From contig CAWKIK010000003.1 in assembly GCA_963849825.1 (NCBI GenBank), positions 361,397 to 425,396 of the forward strand: 64,000 bases of DNA, in the 5' to 3' direction. The stretch comes from an uncultured Gammaproteobacteria bacterium. Its GTDB lineage: Bacteria > Pseudomonadota > Gammaproteobacteria > JASBUN01. The notes beneath the pieces are model-generated. The model saw only the letters and a list, made by a program, of their open reading frames with translations, was not told where the DNA came from and made no database searches. Below are positions 1 through 10,391 of this stretch, in pieces. The position numbers and the translations under genes are program-made. Within the stretch, counting starts at the first letter, position 1, and every line of letters starts with the position of its first letter.

Positions 1-1039
1 GGCCCCCGACGGCAAGGTGGCGGGCGGCCCCATGTACACGCTGCTGCATGGCTTGCACATGAAACGGACCGCAGTGCTGTTCGCATCCTTTGCCATGATC
101 GCCTCGTTCGGCATCGGCAACATGGTTCAGGCCAACTCCGTCGTGGACGGTCTCGGTTATGTATTCGCCCCGCTGCTCCAGCAGGCCGGCACCACGGAGC
201 AACAGGCACGCATGCTGTTCGATTCGCAATACGCGTGGATCGTGGGCGTGATCATGGCCGTGTTGGTGGGGCTGGTGATCATCGGCGGGGTCAAGCGCAT
301 TGGCAAGGTTGCGGGCACGCTGGTGCCGTTCATGGCGATTATGTATGTGACCGCGGCGCTGATCGTACTGGGCAATCATCTGAGCGAAATTCCCGCCGCT
401 TTCGGCACTATTTTCAATTATGCGTTGAATCCCTGGGCGGTAGGCGGCGCAGTGGTCGGCGAAGCGATGCGCTGGGGTGTGGCCCGCGGCTTGTTTTCCA
501 ATGAAGCAGGGCTGGGGTCCTCTCCCATGGCCCATGCCGCGGCACGCACCAACGAACCGGCGCGCGAAGGACTTGTGGCGATGATGGAACCGTTCATCGA
601 CACCTTGGTGATCTGCACCATGACCGGTCTGGTGATCGTGGTCAGTGGCGCCTGGGGTGACGCTCGACCTGCCGACCTGAACGGCGCAGCATTGACGGCG
701 CACGCCTTCAGCCAGACCCTCGAGCGCAGCGGATCCGCGATAGTAGGCGTCGGCCTGACGTTGTTCGCATTTTCCACCATGATCGCCTGGTCCTATTACG
801 GCGATCGCTGCGCCCATTTTCTTTTCGGAGAGGGCGCGGTTCTGCCCTACCGGGTGGTCTACGTGGTCCTGGTGGTCGTCGGCGCGACGGTGCCGCTGCA
901 GCTTGTCTGGAATCTTGCCGACATCACCAACATTCTGATGGCGGCGCCCAATTTATTGGGTTTGGTGCTGTTGGCGGGGCTGGTCAAACGCATGCGCGAC
1001 GATTATTTTACGCGCCGGCCGGGGCGAGCCGCGAAATAA
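1..1039 (+). CDS. Alanine/glycine:cation symporter (AGCS) family transporter, C-terminal part; the 5' end lies outside the window
   Basis: The ORF is open to the left edge (frame 2). It is a polytopic hydrophobic sequence containing the AGCS signature segment [17 protein letters not shown]. Confidence 0.8.
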   Translation, partial: APDGKVAGGPMYTLLHGLHMKRTAVLFASFAMIASFGIGNMVQANSVVDGLGYVFAPLLQQAGTTEQQARMLFDSQYAWIVGVIMAVLVGLVIIGGVKRIGKVAGTLVPFMAIMYVTAALIVLGNHLSEIPAAFGTIFNYALNPWAVGGAVVGEAMRWGVARGLFSNEAGLGSSPMAHAAARTNEPAREGLVAMMEPFIDTLVICTMTGLVIVVSGAWGDARPADLNGAALTAHAFSQTLERSGSAIVGVGLTLFAFSTMIAWSYYGDRCAHFLFGEGAVLPYRVVYVVLVVVGATVPLQLVWNLADITNILMAAPNLLGLVLLAGLVKRMRDDYFTRRPGRAAK

Positions 1040-1052
1040 ACGCGGGCCCACC

Positions 1053-1901
1053 ATGCGCATTCCACTACCTGCAAGCGAAGTGATCCGGGCCAATGTCCGC
1101 GCCGCGCTGGCCGAAGACGTGGGCACCGGCGATCTCACCGCCGCATTGGTGCCGGAGCAAGCCAGCGCCGAGGCGAGCGTCATCTGCCGTGAAGACGCTG
1201 TCGTTTGCGGCTGCACCTGGTTCGATTCGGTGTTCGCAGAATTGAACCCCGGCGTCCTCGTCCAATGGTCGGTGGCCGACGGCGACGCCGTACACGCCGA
1301 ACAGACCTTGTGCACCCTGCGCGGTCCGGCACGCGCGCTGCTCACCGGGGAACGGGCGGCGCTCAACTTTCTCCAGACTCTTTCCGGCACCGCGACCGTG
1401 GTGCGCCGCTACGCCGACGCGCTGGCTGGCGCCAATACCCGTTTGTTGGACACGCGCAAGACTATTCCCGGCCTGCGCGAAGCGCAAAAATACGCGGTGC
1501 GCGCAGCGGGTGGTCACAATCATCGCATGGGTTTGTACGATGGCATCCTGATCAAAGAAAACCACATCGTCGCCGCCGGCTCCATTGCCGCGGCGGTAGC
1601 GCAAGCGCGCGCCACCGCCGCACGCGTACCGGTTGAAGTGGAAGTCGAGACCCTGTCTCAGGTGGACGAAGCGATCGACGCCGGTGCCGATATCCTGCTG
1701 TTGGACAATTTCGACTATGACGGCCTGCGCGCAGCCGTTGACCGCAACGCCGGCAGTGCGCAACTGGAGGCCTCTGGCAATGTCACCCTGGACAACATCG
1801 CCGACATAGCCGCCACCGGCGTGGATTTCATATCCGTCGGCGCGATTACCAAACACGTTCGCGCAGTGGATTTGTCGATGCGCATCCGCACCCTGCTCTA
1901 G
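1053..1901 (+). CDS. nadC: Nicotinate-nucleotide pyrophosphorylase (quinolinate phosphoribosyltransferase)
   Basis: 282 aa. Typical NadC blocks are present: [44 protein letters not shown] and ISVGAITKH. Confidence 0.9.
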   Translation: MRIPLPASEVIRANVRAALAEDVGTGDLTAALVPEQASAEASVICREDAVVCGCTWFDSVFAELNPGVLVQWSVADGDAVHAEQTLCTLRGPARALLTGERAALNFLQTLSGTATVVRRYADALAGANTRLLDTRKTIPGLREAQKYAVRAAGGHNHRMGLYDGILIKENHIVAAGSIAAAVAQARATAARVPVEVEVETLSQVDEAIDAGADILLLDNFDYDGLRAAVDRNAGSAQLEASGNVTLDNIADIAATGVDFISVGAITKHVRAVDLSMRIRTLL

Positions 1902-1913
1902 CGCAGTCGGACT

Positions 1914-2741
1914 TCAATCCGCCAGCCATTGTTGCCAAAGCGATTGCAATCGCGGATCCCGGGCGCTGACCACTGAGCGCGGTTCGGTGCTGTCGCAATG
2001 GATCTCGGCTCCCTCCAGCGTGTATGCGCGGCCGCCGATTTCGCTGAGGATCAAGTGCCCTGCGGCATGATCCCAAAGCTTCATGCCGCCATGGAGGTAA
2101 ACATCGAAACGGCCGGCCGCGAGCCAGCACCACTCCAGCGCACAAGAGCCCAGGTTGCGCTGCGATCGATAAGGGGGTCGCGATGCCAGGCGTTGCGCCA
2201 AGGGTTTGGGCAGGCGCTTGAAGTCCACGCAGGCCAACGCTTCGCGCAGATTTTCGGCGCCGGAACGGGGCGTCAACGGAATTTCGTTGCAACGGGCGCC
2301 GCCGCCGAGGGAAGCGGAAAAGCATTCGCGGCGCACCGGATCGTAGACCACCCCGGCGATCGCCGTACCGGCCGCCACCAGGGCCAGCGCTACCGAATAA
2401 AATGGCAGGCCGGCGGCGAAATTGGTGGTTCCGTCCAAGGGATCCAATACCCACAACGGCCCCTGCGCGTCCGTCAACAGGCGTCGCTGCTCGTCGGCGG
2501 CCATCTCCTCGCCCAGGAATGGATAATCCCGCCGATGGTCGTGCAACACGGCCTGTAGATCTGCCTGCAACGCTCGGTCCAGCTCCGTAACCACGCTGCC
2601 GTCGGCCTTCTCGTAGCCGACCGCATCCGTCACCGCCCGAAGCTGCCGATCAGCGCACTCCGTCACCAATTCGCATAGCACCTGCATTTCCCGCTGGTCC
2701 GGCCCACGATCCATCACTGCCACCTCACTGAATGTTGTCAT
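1914..2741 (-). CDS. Inositol monophosphatase family protein (SuhB/CysQ-like)
   Basis: 275 aa with the IMPase metal-binding motifs FLGEE and WVLDPLDGTTNF. It is convergent with nadC. Confidence 0.8.
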   Translation of the reverse strand: MTTFSEVAVMDRGPDQREMQVLCELVTECADRQLRAVTDAVGYEKADGSVVTELDRALQADLQAVLHDHRRDYPFLGEEMAADEQRRLLTDAQGPLWVLDPLDGTTNFAAGLPFYSVALALVAAGTAIAGVVYDPVRRECFSASLGGGARCNEIPLTPRSGAENLREALACVDFKRLPKPLAQRLASRPPYRSQRNLGSCALEWCWLAAGRFDVYLHGGMKLWDHAAGHLILSEIGGRAYTLEGAEIHCDSTEPRSVVSARDPRLQSLWQQWLAD

Positions 2742-2862
2742 CCGGGGTCATTATATCGGCTGGGGGCTGCCCGAGGCGCTTGGATCGACTGCGGATGTGT
2801 GGGACGATGTTGCCCCGGCCATGGCCGGCCAATTTGGTTCCAAGCCCAACAGGAGTCCGTTG

Positions 2863-3744
2863 ATGTCGCACATTTTCCGTATCGGAGTCGCTTGTCTTGC
2901 CGCTGCCGGCCTGTCCTTGGCCGCTTGCAGCGACGAGCACTCGGAACAGGCGCCCGCCGAGCCCCCGCAGACAAGTACCGCCGCGCCTTCCACGCCGGCG
3001 GCCGCCACGACCCTGGACACCGACCAAGCGCGCTACAGCTACACCATCGGCTACCAGATCGGCAGCAGTCTCAAAGACCGGCTGGAAGATGTCGACGCCG
3101 CCACGCTCGGCCAGGGTGTGCGCGAAGGCCTGGCCGGCGAAAAAGCGAAGCTCGAACCCGAACAGATGCAGACCGCACTGCAAGGCTATCAACAAGCGCA
3201 GGCGAAAAAGGCCGAAGATCGCATGCAGGCCGCCGCAGCGGAAGGCAAAGCGTTTCTGGATGCCAATCGCAACAAGGAAGGCGTGAAGGAAACCGAGAGC
3301 GGCCTGCAATACCAGATTCTGCGCCCCGGCACCGGCGACAAACCGAAAGCCGACGACACGGTTGAAGTGCAATATCGCGGGACCCTGCTCAACGGCAAGG
3401 AATTCGACAGTTCCTATTCCCGCGGCGAGCCGGTGACACTGCCTGTGAACGGCGTCATCCCCGGCTGGCAGGAAGCGCTGCAAATGATGAAAGTGGGCGC
3501 CAAATGGAAAATCTTCGTACCGCCGAAACTAGCTTACGGCGAACACGGCGCAGGTGATGCCATCGGCCCGAATGAGACGCTGATTTTCGAAATCGAATTA
3601 CTGGGAATCAAAAAAGATCAAAACGCCGCGGAGCCTGCACAACAGGGCGCCCAGCCCGCACCTGGGTCCTCCGACAAGCAGCAGGATTCCACGCCGGAAG
3701 CCCCGCAGGAGAACCCGCCGGAAACCAAGCCGGGAGCCCAGTGA
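2863..3744 (+). CDS. FKBP-type peptidyl-prolyl cis-trans isomerase, lipoprotein (FkpA/Mip-like)
   Basis: The start was moved to the Met preceded by AGGAG. There is a signal peptide with lipobox LSLAAC, a helical N-domain and a C-terminal FKBP core (VEVQYRGTLLNGKEFDSSY ... LIFEIELL). The C-terminus is an acidic, Pro-rich tail. Confidence 0.85.
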   Translation: MSHIFRIGVACLAAAGLSLAACSDEHSEQAPAEPPQTSTAAPSTPAAATTLDTDQARYSYTIGYQIGSSLKDRLEDVDAATLGQGVREGLAGEKAKLEPEQMQTALQGYQQAQAKKAEDRMQAAAAEGKAFLDANRNKEGVKETESGLQYQILRPGTGDKPKADDTVEVQYRGTLLNGKEFDSSYSRGEPVTLPVNGVIPGWQEALQMMKVGAKWKIFVPPKLAYGEHGAGDAIGPNETLIFEIELLGIKKDQNAAEPAQQGAQPAPGSSDKQQDSTPEAPQENPPETKPGAQ

Positions 3745-4340
3745 TCGATGCGGGCTTGCTGACCGCCTTGGAGCTGCGCCTGCGGCAAATCCTGCAGGCG
3801 CGCCCCGAGGGCTTGAGCGAGTATGAACTGATCGGCGCACTGCAGGCCGGCCGCCGGCCATTTTTCGATGGCGGTATCTTTCAGGACAGCGTCAGCCTGT
3901 TCCGCGCCCATTTCCTGTTGTTTCATGTACTCTACCGCCTGCGCGAACAGCTACTGGCAGACCGGCAAGCGCACTTGCACATCGAACCGTTGCGTATCCA
4001 GATGGCTCCGCTTCACGCCCCCGAACGCAGCCAATTGGATTCTCCCGATCCGCTGCGCGCCTATTACCTGGATCTCGGGCAGCTCGAAAACACCGGCCGC
4101 GAGGAAATCGAATCCATGCTCGGGCGATTCTGGTCGCGACTCTATGCGGACGAGCACCGGCTGGAAGCGCTGCAAACCCTGGGACTGAGCGAGCCGGTGG
4201 ACTACGAGACCATTCGCAGACAATACCGGCAATTGGTCATGCGTCACCACCCGGACCGCGGCGGCGATACCGCGCGCGTGCAGGTGTTGAATGAAGCAAT
4301 GGCGATTCTGGCGCGGGTCTACGCTTGCGAAGCACATTAG
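3741..4340 (+). CDS. J-domain (DnaJ-related) protein
   Basis: The C-terminal J domain carries the HPD motif (YRQLVMRHHPDRGGD). The GTG start overlaps the FKBP stop (GTGA), with GGGAG 6 nt upstream. Confidence 0.7.
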   Translation: MIDAGLLTALELRLRQILQARPEGLSEYELIGALQAGRRPFFDGGIFQDSVSLFRAHFLLFHVLYRLREQLLADRQAHLHIEPLRIQMAPLHAPERSQLDSPDPLRAYYLDLGQLENTGREEIESMLGRFWSRLYADEHRLEALQTLGLSEPVDYETIRRQYRQLVMRHHPDRGGDTARVQVLNEAMAILARVYACEAH

Positions 4341-4356
4341 TCACAAGGAATCGCAC

Positions 4357-5760
4357 ATGGAGCTGGAATTTCTCGGAGCCGCCCGCGAGGTCACAGGGTC
4401 GTGCTATCTCATCCGGGCCGGCCGCCATCGCGTGCTGGTGGATTGCGGTCTGATACAGGGCGGCGCGCGGGAAGAGCAACGCAATCGCGAGCCGTTTCCG
4501 TTCGACGCCGCAAAGATCGATGCGGTGGTACTCACCCACGCCCACCTGGACCACAGCGGCCGTCTGCCCTTGTTGGTGAAAGCGGGTTTCAAGGGCCCGA
4601 TCTACACCCACCGTGCCACCCGCGATCTTTGCCGCATCATGCTTCGCGATGCTGCGTACCTGAATGAAAAGGACGCGGAGTGGGACAACCGCAAACGCCA
4701 ACGCAAAGGCCTGGAGCCGGTGCAACCCCTCTACGACCAGCAGGACGCCGCCAAAGCGGTGCGCCGCATCCGCGCCCTCGACTATGACACCGAGCACGAC
4801 ATCGTACCCGGCGTGCGATTGCGCTTGCGCGATGCCGGCCACATTCTCGGATCGGCAATCGCCGAGGTCTGGTTGCACGATCAGGGCATGGAACGCAAGC
4901 TGGTGTTCTCCGGCGATCTCGGTCATCGCGGCGCACCCATACTCCGCGAGCCGTGTGCGATCGAACAAGCCGACCTGGTGCTGATGGAGAGCACCTACGG
5001 CAACCGGCTGCACCGCAGCTGGGAATCCACCTGGCAAGAACTCGGAGACGTCCTGACACAGGCGTCGAATTCCAACGGCAATATCCTGATTCCGTCATTT
5101 GCCGTCGGCCGCACGCAGGAATTGCTATACACGTTTTTGCGCAATTTCGAGCAGTGGGGTCTGGACCGCTGGGAGGTCTTTCTCGACAGCCCGATGGCCA
5201 TCGCTGCGACCGAAGTCTATACGCAGCACACGAATCTGTACGACGCCGACGCCCGTCTGGTACAGCATAGCCAGGGCAACCCCTTCCGGCTGCCCAACCT
5301 GCACATGAGCCAGACCAGCAAACAGTCCATGGCAATCAACCGCATCGGCTCGGGCGCACTGATCATCGCCGGCAGCGGCATGTGCACCGGCGGCAGAATC
5401 CGCCACCACTTGAAGCACAATATCTGGCGCAGCAATTGCCACCTGATATTCGTCGGCTTCCAGGCCCGCGGAACCCTCGGGCGCGCTCTGGTGGACGGCG
5501 CCAGCGAGATTTCCCTTTGGGGCGAACGCATGCGGGTCGCGGCGCAAGTCCATACGATCGGAGGATTCTCCGCCCATGCCGATCAGACAGGACTGCTGAA
5601 CTGGTACGGACACTTTCGCAACCAGCCCAAATTGGCATTGGTGCATGGCGAACCCGAGGCAATGGAAGCGCTGCAAAGCGAATTGACGCGACAGATGCGA
5701 GCCCCAGTGCTGGTACCTACCCATGGCTCAGTCATTGATTTGGCGGAACTGCGGAAGTGA
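4357..5760 (+). CDS. MBL-fold metallo-hydrolase of the beta-CASP RNA-metabolising family
   Basis: HxHxDH motif (LTHAHLDHSGRLP), a beta-CASP middle region and a C-terminal GGFSAHAD motif. The start was chosen at MELEFLGAAREVTGSC. Confidence 0.8.
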   Translation: MELEFLGAAREVTGSCYLIRAGRHRVLVDCGLIQGGAREEQRNREPFPFDAAKIDAVVLTHAHLDHSGRLPLLVKAGFKGPIYTHRATRDLCRIMLRDAAYLNEKDAEWDNRKRQRKGLEPVQPLYDQQDAAKAVRRIRALDYDTEHDIVPGVRLRLRDAGHILGSAIAEVWLHDQGMERKLVFSGDLGHRGAPILREPCAIEQADLVLMESTYGNRLHRSWESTWQELGDVLTQASNSNGNILIPSFAVGRTQELLYTFLRNFEQWGLDRWEVFLDSPMAIAATEVYTQHTNLYDADARLVQHSQGNPFRLPNLHMSQTSKQSMAINRIGSGALIIAGSGMCTGGRIRHHLKHNIWRSNCHLIFVGFQARGTLGRALVDGASEISLWGERMRVAAQVHTIGGFSAHADQTGLLNWYGHFRNQPKLALVHGEPEAMEALQSELTRQMRAPVLVPTHGSVIDLAELRK

Positions 5761-5845
5761 TCCAATTCAGTGCAACACCGCCAACATCCGACATCGCGGC
5801 ATGCTCGGTAGCGGTGCAATGCAATTCACCCATCCCCGAATGAAT

Positions 5846-8257
5846 CTATAGTCCAGATTCATCCCCCTCGGCGCCGTCCTCTGCGCCTTCCGGTGCCGGT
5901 TTTGAGAATTCGTGGCGGATATCGGCCCAATCGGCCAGTCGGTCGCTGACCCGGCGGTTGATACTGTCGTCGGGAAAGCCGTCTTGATCGTCGGCTTGTC
6001 CCGCGACCACACCGGTCAACAATTCCATGGCTTGATCGATGTGGTACACTGCGTATACGGCAAAGCGTCCATCCGCAACCGCCTGCACGACATCTTCGCG
6101 CAACATCAGATGAGCCACATTTGCGCGCGGTATGAGTACGCCTTGCCTAGCATTCAGATCGCGCGCAGCGCAGATGTCGTAAAAGCCTTCGATCTTCTCG
6201 TTGACACCACCGATGGCCTGGACTTCACCGCACTGGTTCACGGCACCGGTCACCCCAAGATCCTGGCGCAGTGGCGCCTGCGCCAGCGCCGACAGCAGCG
6301 CGCACAACTCCGCGGCCGAGGCACTGTCGCCTTCGATCGAAGCATACGATTGCTCGAACACCACGCTGGCGGCCAGCGACAGGGGCTTGTCGGCGCAATA
6401 GCGGCTGGCCAGATACGCGGAAAGAATCAGCACACCCTTGGAATGAAGCGCTCCACCCAGTTCCGTTTCCCGCTCGATGTCGACGATATCGCCTTCGCCG
6501 AGACCCGCTGTGGCGCTGATCTTGGACGGTTGTCCGAACGCGAAACCGCCAAGTTCGATTACCGAAATGCCGTTCACCTGTCCTACGCGGCTGCCTTCGG
6601 TATCGATCGATACGATGCCACGGTGGACCTCTTCGTAGCTGCGTTCACGCACGCGATCCATGCGTCGGATCTGCGCATCGATCGCCTTTTGCACGTCGAC
6701 CCGTTGCACATGCGCCGCGGCGCGCGCTCGGGCCCAATAATCGGCCTCACGCAGCAGATCGGAGATCGTCTGCAAATGCACTGTGATTCGTTCGGTGTCC
6801 TCGCTCAGACGCGCGGCATATTCTACCACACGGGCCACGGCATCACGATCCAACGCCCGCAAATCGTGGCGCCGTGCAAGATCGCCGATCAACCGAGCGT
6901 AGAGCCGCAGACCCTCGGCGCTCCATTCCATGTCGTTGTCGAAGTCGGCCGCGACTTTGAACAATGCTTCGAAGTCGGGATCGTAATCCCACAACAGGTA
7001 ATACAGCACCCGCTCGCCCAGCAGCACCACTTTCACATTCAGAGGTATGGGCTCCGGTTCGAGGGCAGCGGTCAGGGCTGCGCTGCCGATCGAATGGGGG
7101 AACTCGATTCGCACTTCCCGGGCCTGCAGCGCACGCTTCAGCGCCTCCCAGGATTCTGGTTCCGCCAGCAGCTTGTGCGCGTCCAACAGCAGATAACCGC
7201 CGTTGGCCCGGTGCAGCGCGCCGCTTCTGATCAACGTAAAATCGGCTGACAGGACGCCCATTTCCGAACGCTGCCCGATGCTGCCCACCAGGTTGGCAAG
7301 CCGCGGCGTATCCTCGTACACCACCGGCGCCCCTTGGCTGGCGCCATGGTCGACCATCACCTTGACCTGATAGCGTCGCAAGAAAGCCGGCGACAGCGGT
7401 GCGCCATCCACCAGGAACCGCGCTGCGTTTTCGACCGTGTCCGCTTGTACCCGGTCGAGAAAAGTCACGACCGTTTCAAACCCTGCATATGCGCGGCGCA
7501 GTTCATCGACGAATTTCTGCACCGCGAGCTGCGCCAAGCGGCGCCGCAACGCCTCGATCTGCGCTTGAGTCTCGCGCTGCCAGTGCGGCAATTGCGCAAG
7601 CAACTCGTTCAAACGCGCTTGCAATCGGGCGAGGGCTTGTTCGATGTCCCGCTGCTGTTGGTTTGCCGGCGTTTCGAAGCGGGTTTGATCGACAGCGTCG
7701 CCGGCCCGTTGCGGCGCGAATCCAAACTCCGAAGGTGTTCGCAGGAATTGCACACCGCTGCGCTCGGCGTCCTCCGCCAATTTCGCAAAAGCCAGCTCGC
7801 GGCGCTGCCTGAAGTCGTCCTGCAACTGCCGCACGCGCCACGAGTAATCCGCGCCGTCGAAGACCGCCGGCAACGCGCTACGCAAGTCCGCGACCAGTGC
7901 CTCCATGTCCGCGCGCAGGCGGGTACCGAGTCCGTTGGGTAAACGAATAGCCTGTGGCTGTTCGGGAACCGCGAAATTGAAGACATAACACCAATCGTCA
8001 GGAACCGGTTCCGCGGCTGCATGGGCCTGCAGATAACAGCGTACCGCGGAGCGCTTGCCACTGCCCGCAGGCCCCAGCGCGAACAGGTTGTAACCGTCAC
8101 CGCCCATACCGGCGGCAAGCTGCACGGCCTCCATGGCCCGTGGTTGACCGACCGGTTCGGTCAACGGCTCCAAATCGGCGGTAGTGGCAAAATCGAATTG
8201 CTCTGGATCGCAACGGCGTAGCAATTCATCTGGCCGCAATCGGATTGCGCAAGCCAT
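5846..8257 (-). CDS. Lon-like AAA+ ATP-dependent protease (LonB/COG1067-type, about 804 aa)
   Basis: Walker A GPAGSGKR, and a C-terminal Lon proteolytic domain with the Ser (IEGDSASAAE) and Lys (GGVNEKIEGF) motifs. The 939-aa ORF was trimmed to Met137 (MACAIRL) because the upstream part is Arg/Pro/Ser-rich junk. Confidence 0.8.
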   Translation of the reverse strand: MACAIRLRPDELLRRCDPEQFDFATTADLEPLTEPVGQPRAMEAVQLAAGMGGDGYNLFALGPAGSGKRSAVRCYLQAHAAAEPVPDDWCYVFNFAVPEQPQAIRLPNGLGTRLRADMEALVADLRSALPAVFDGADYSWRVRQLQDDFRQRRELAFAKLAEDAERSGVQFLRTPSEFGFAPQRAGDAVDQTRFETPANQQQRDIEQALARLQARLNELLAQLPHWQRETQAQIEALRRRLAQLAVQKFVDELRRAYAGFETVVTFLDRVQADTVENAARFLVDGAPLSPAFLRRYQVKVMVDHGASQGAPVVYEDTPRLANLVGSIGQRSEMGVLSADFTLIRSGALHRANGGYLLLDAHKLLAEPESWEALKRALQAREVRIEFPHSIGSAALTAALEPEPIPLNVKVVLLGERVLYYLLWDYDPDFEALFKVAADFDNDMEWSAEGLRLYARLIGDLARRHDLRALDRDAVARVVEYAARLSEDTERITVHLQTISDLLREADYWARARAAAHVQRVDVQKAIDAQIRRMDRVRERSYEEVHRGIVSIDTEGSRVGQVNGISVIELGGFAFGQPSKISATAGLGEGDIVDIERETELGGALHSKGVLILSAYLASRYCADKPLSLAASVVFEQSYASIEGDSASAAELCALLSALAQAPLRQDLGVTGAVNQCGEVQAIGGVNEKIEGFYDICAARDLNARQGVLIPRANVAHLMLREDVVQAVADGRFAVYAVYHIDQAMELLTGVVAGQADDQDGFPDDSINRRVSDRLADWADIRHEFSKPAPEGAEDGAEGDESGL

Positions 8258-8327
8258 GTAACTCCTCAAGGGTTGACTGGCGATACGCGACCGTGCGGCC
8301 GCGCTCTGAACTACCAGGGTAGCACTG

Positions 8328-8960
8328 TCATGGCTGCGCCCGGACGTAGTAATAGCGCCAGGGCTGGGAGGTCGCACGCTCCAGTGCCGACAGCAACTCG
8401 TCGGCCGGGATGGCTTCGAAAGGATGGATGCCGCCCAACTCGACTCCGCAACACAACACGGCCGCTGCCTGGCGCCACTGGATCTGCGCCGCCGCTGCGC
8501 TGGCGCCGCAGGCCGCGCAATGCCACGAGGCGCGCAAGGGCTCTTCCTCCCACGCGGCCAGCGCTTGTTGCCATTGCACGACCGGTGCCCGGCAGTTGGG
8601 ACAGCGCGGCGTGGTCCCGACATCCCCCACGTGCAGCCTCGGAGCGGGCAGCGGCGCTGCCACATGAATGTGGCAGAACCGGTCCATCTGCGGTTCCCCG
8701 AACTCGTCGTCCTGGCGTTGTAGGTCGATGATCGGCGAGCAGCCGAGGAATACGATCAGATCCAAAAACCGTGCGCCGGGCAGAAAATAATTCAACCCCC
8801 GGTGACGGAATGATTCGCCAGCCAAACCGGTATCGGCAAGTACCGCGGCCAGAATTGCGGAGTCAACCGGCGGCAAGGCTGCATCCCCCGGATACAGGAT
8901 CAGGCGATACCAGGAGACCGGATCGGAGACGCAACGCGCATTCGCAGAGACGCTGGACAT
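8328..8960 (-). CDS. Hypothetical protein with a putative Cys4 zinc ribbon
   Basis: A CPNC ... CAAC pair lies in the C-terminal half. It is on the same strand as the Lon-like gene and 70 bp upstream of it. The start is uncertain (8960 or 8996). I recognise no family. Confidence 0.45.
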   Translation of the reverse strand: MSSVSANARCVSDPVSWYRLILYPGDAALPPVDSAILAAVLADTGLAGESFRHRGLNYFLPGARFLDLIVFLGCSPIIDLQRQDDEFGEPQMDRFCHIHVAAPLPAPRLHVGDVGTTPRCPNCRAPVVQWQQALAAWEEEPLRASWHCAACGASAAAAQIQWRQAAAVLCCGVELGGIHPFEAIPADELLSALERATSQPWRYYYVRAQP

Positions 8961-9147
8961 GGCGGTGATCAAAAATGGGTGACGGAAAGCGGGCATGATA
9001 CCGGCCCCAGCCGGACCAGACCAGGACGGCATGTCAGCGGCGAACCGCGCCGGAGGCGCGGTCACGACGAGCATTCAGCCAATAGCGGTCTGGCGTCCAG
9101 GCGGTTGCATCAGCGTCGCGCCCGCGGACTGCCGGGAAGCGCGACAG

Positions 9148-10332
9148 TCAGCCGACCTCGGCCGCACGCGTCGTCACGCGGTCGCGGTCGGGCAGCAGTT
9201 CTGCATACAAAGCCGCCAGACGCCCGGCCATGACATTCGCCGACCAACACGCGGCGTCCCGTTTCGCTGCTGTTGCCATGCGCATGCGCAATCTCGCATC
9301 ACGCAACAGTAACGCCACCCGCTGCGCGAACGCTTCCGGCTCTTGCGGCGCTATGATCGCTCCGCGGGCACCGTTGAGTACGTCCAGCGTGCCCATTACC
9401 GCCGTGGAAACCACCGGCACACCGCATGCCATCGCTTCCAACAAAACCAAACCCTGAGTCTCGGTGCGCGACGCGAAGGTAAATACGTCGCCAGCTCGAT
9501 AGCAATCCTGCAGGGCCTGCTGCCGGGATAAGTAGCCGATAAAGCGCACGTGACTATCGAGGCGCGCTTTGCGCACCTGACGCCGCAACGGCGACAGTGC
9601 GGGTCCTTCGCCGGTGATCAATAGCAAAACGTCCGGCACCAACAGGCGCAGCCGCGCCACCACGTCGATCAGGAAACCGATATTCTTCTCATGGGCGACG
9701 CGACCGACGAACAGCATTACCGGTCGCAGCGGGTCGATCCCATGGCGCAACCGGAAAGCCGCGCCTTCACCGCTGCGAAACGCGTCCAGTTCGATCCCGG
9801 TAGGCAGAACCATAGCCCGGGTACGCACGCCATAATGACGCAACGCCGTCAGCATGGCCGTAGACGGCACCACCACCGCGTCTACCGCATTGCACTGGTT
9901 GCGCGAGAAGCTGCGTGCCACGAACCGCGTCGCCGCCTTTGGCATAATCGGCACGTAGTTGTACAGGTATTCTTCGAAATAGGTGTGATAACTCGCCACC
10001 AAGGGCACACGCCAGCGCCGAGCCAGTCGAGTGCCGGCATAGTGCGCCACAAACGGCGTTTGGATATGGATCAGATCGTACAGGCCGCCCCTCCCGCGTA
10101 CCGCATTCAATAACTTGCCGTAGCGTATCATCCGGTCTTCAGGATCGAGCGGCACACCGCGCGCAGATATGCGCCGGATACCATCTTCGTTGCCGGTCGC
10201 GTGACCGTAATCGGGCGCCAGCAGATCCACTCGATGACCCATCGCCGCCAACGATGCGCGAAACGTGGCAATGGAGGTCGACACGCCGTTGACCCGCGGA
10301 AAATACACGTCGGAAATCATCAGAATACGCAT
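9148..10332 (-). CDS. Glycosyltransferase family 4 (GT-B fold)
   Basis: The start was chosen at MRILMISDVYFPRVNGVSTSI, a typical GT4 N-terminus. The C-terminal EX7E-like region is FASRTETQGLVLLEAMACGVPVV. Confidence 0.8.
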   Translation of the reverse strand: MRILMISDVYFPRVNGVSTSIATFRASLAAMGHRVDLLAPDYGHATGNEDGIRRISARGVPLDPEDRMIRYGKLLNAVRGRGGLYDLIHIQTPFVAHYAGTRLARRWRVPLVASYHTYFEEYLYNYVPIMPKAATRFVARSFSRNQCNAVDAVVVPSTAMLTALRHYGVRTRAMVLPTGIELDAFRSGEGAAFRLRHGIDPLRPVMLFVGRVAHEKNIGFLIDVVARLRLLVPDVLLLITGEGPALSPLRRQVRKARLDSHVRFIGYLSRQQALQDCYRAGDVFTFASRTETQGLVLLEAMACGVPVVSTAVMGTLDVLNGARGAIIAPQEPEAFAQRVALLLRDARLRMRMATAAKRDAACWSANVMAGRLAALYAELLPDRDRVTTRAAEVG

Positions 10333-10391
10333 AGCCTGGCCCGCAGCGCGCGTCGCATCGATTGCATCGGGACGGGCGGAAACGTATTCGT

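Noticed and set aside
5912-7249. 445-aa plus-strand ORF, and further long ORFs at 7334-7942, 16934-18091, 18149-19513, 26625-27566, 34571-35527 and 60408-61952
   Set aside because: All are antisense to genes with clear family signatures (Lon-like, DUF523/DUF1722, GGDEF-EAL, CinA, the Fd/FNR reductase, gshA). These are GC-rich shadow frames.
8258-8665. 136-codon N-terminal extension of the Lon-like ORF. Similar extensions occur on many ORFs in the track, for example 2797, 4291, 10521, 20338, 22127, 23397, 37959, 51912, 56551 and 62084.
   Set aside because: The extensions are Arg/Pro/Ser/Cys-rich and lack Shine-Dalgarno sequences. Internal Met codons coincide with signal peptides, conserved family N-termini and good ribosome-binding sites.
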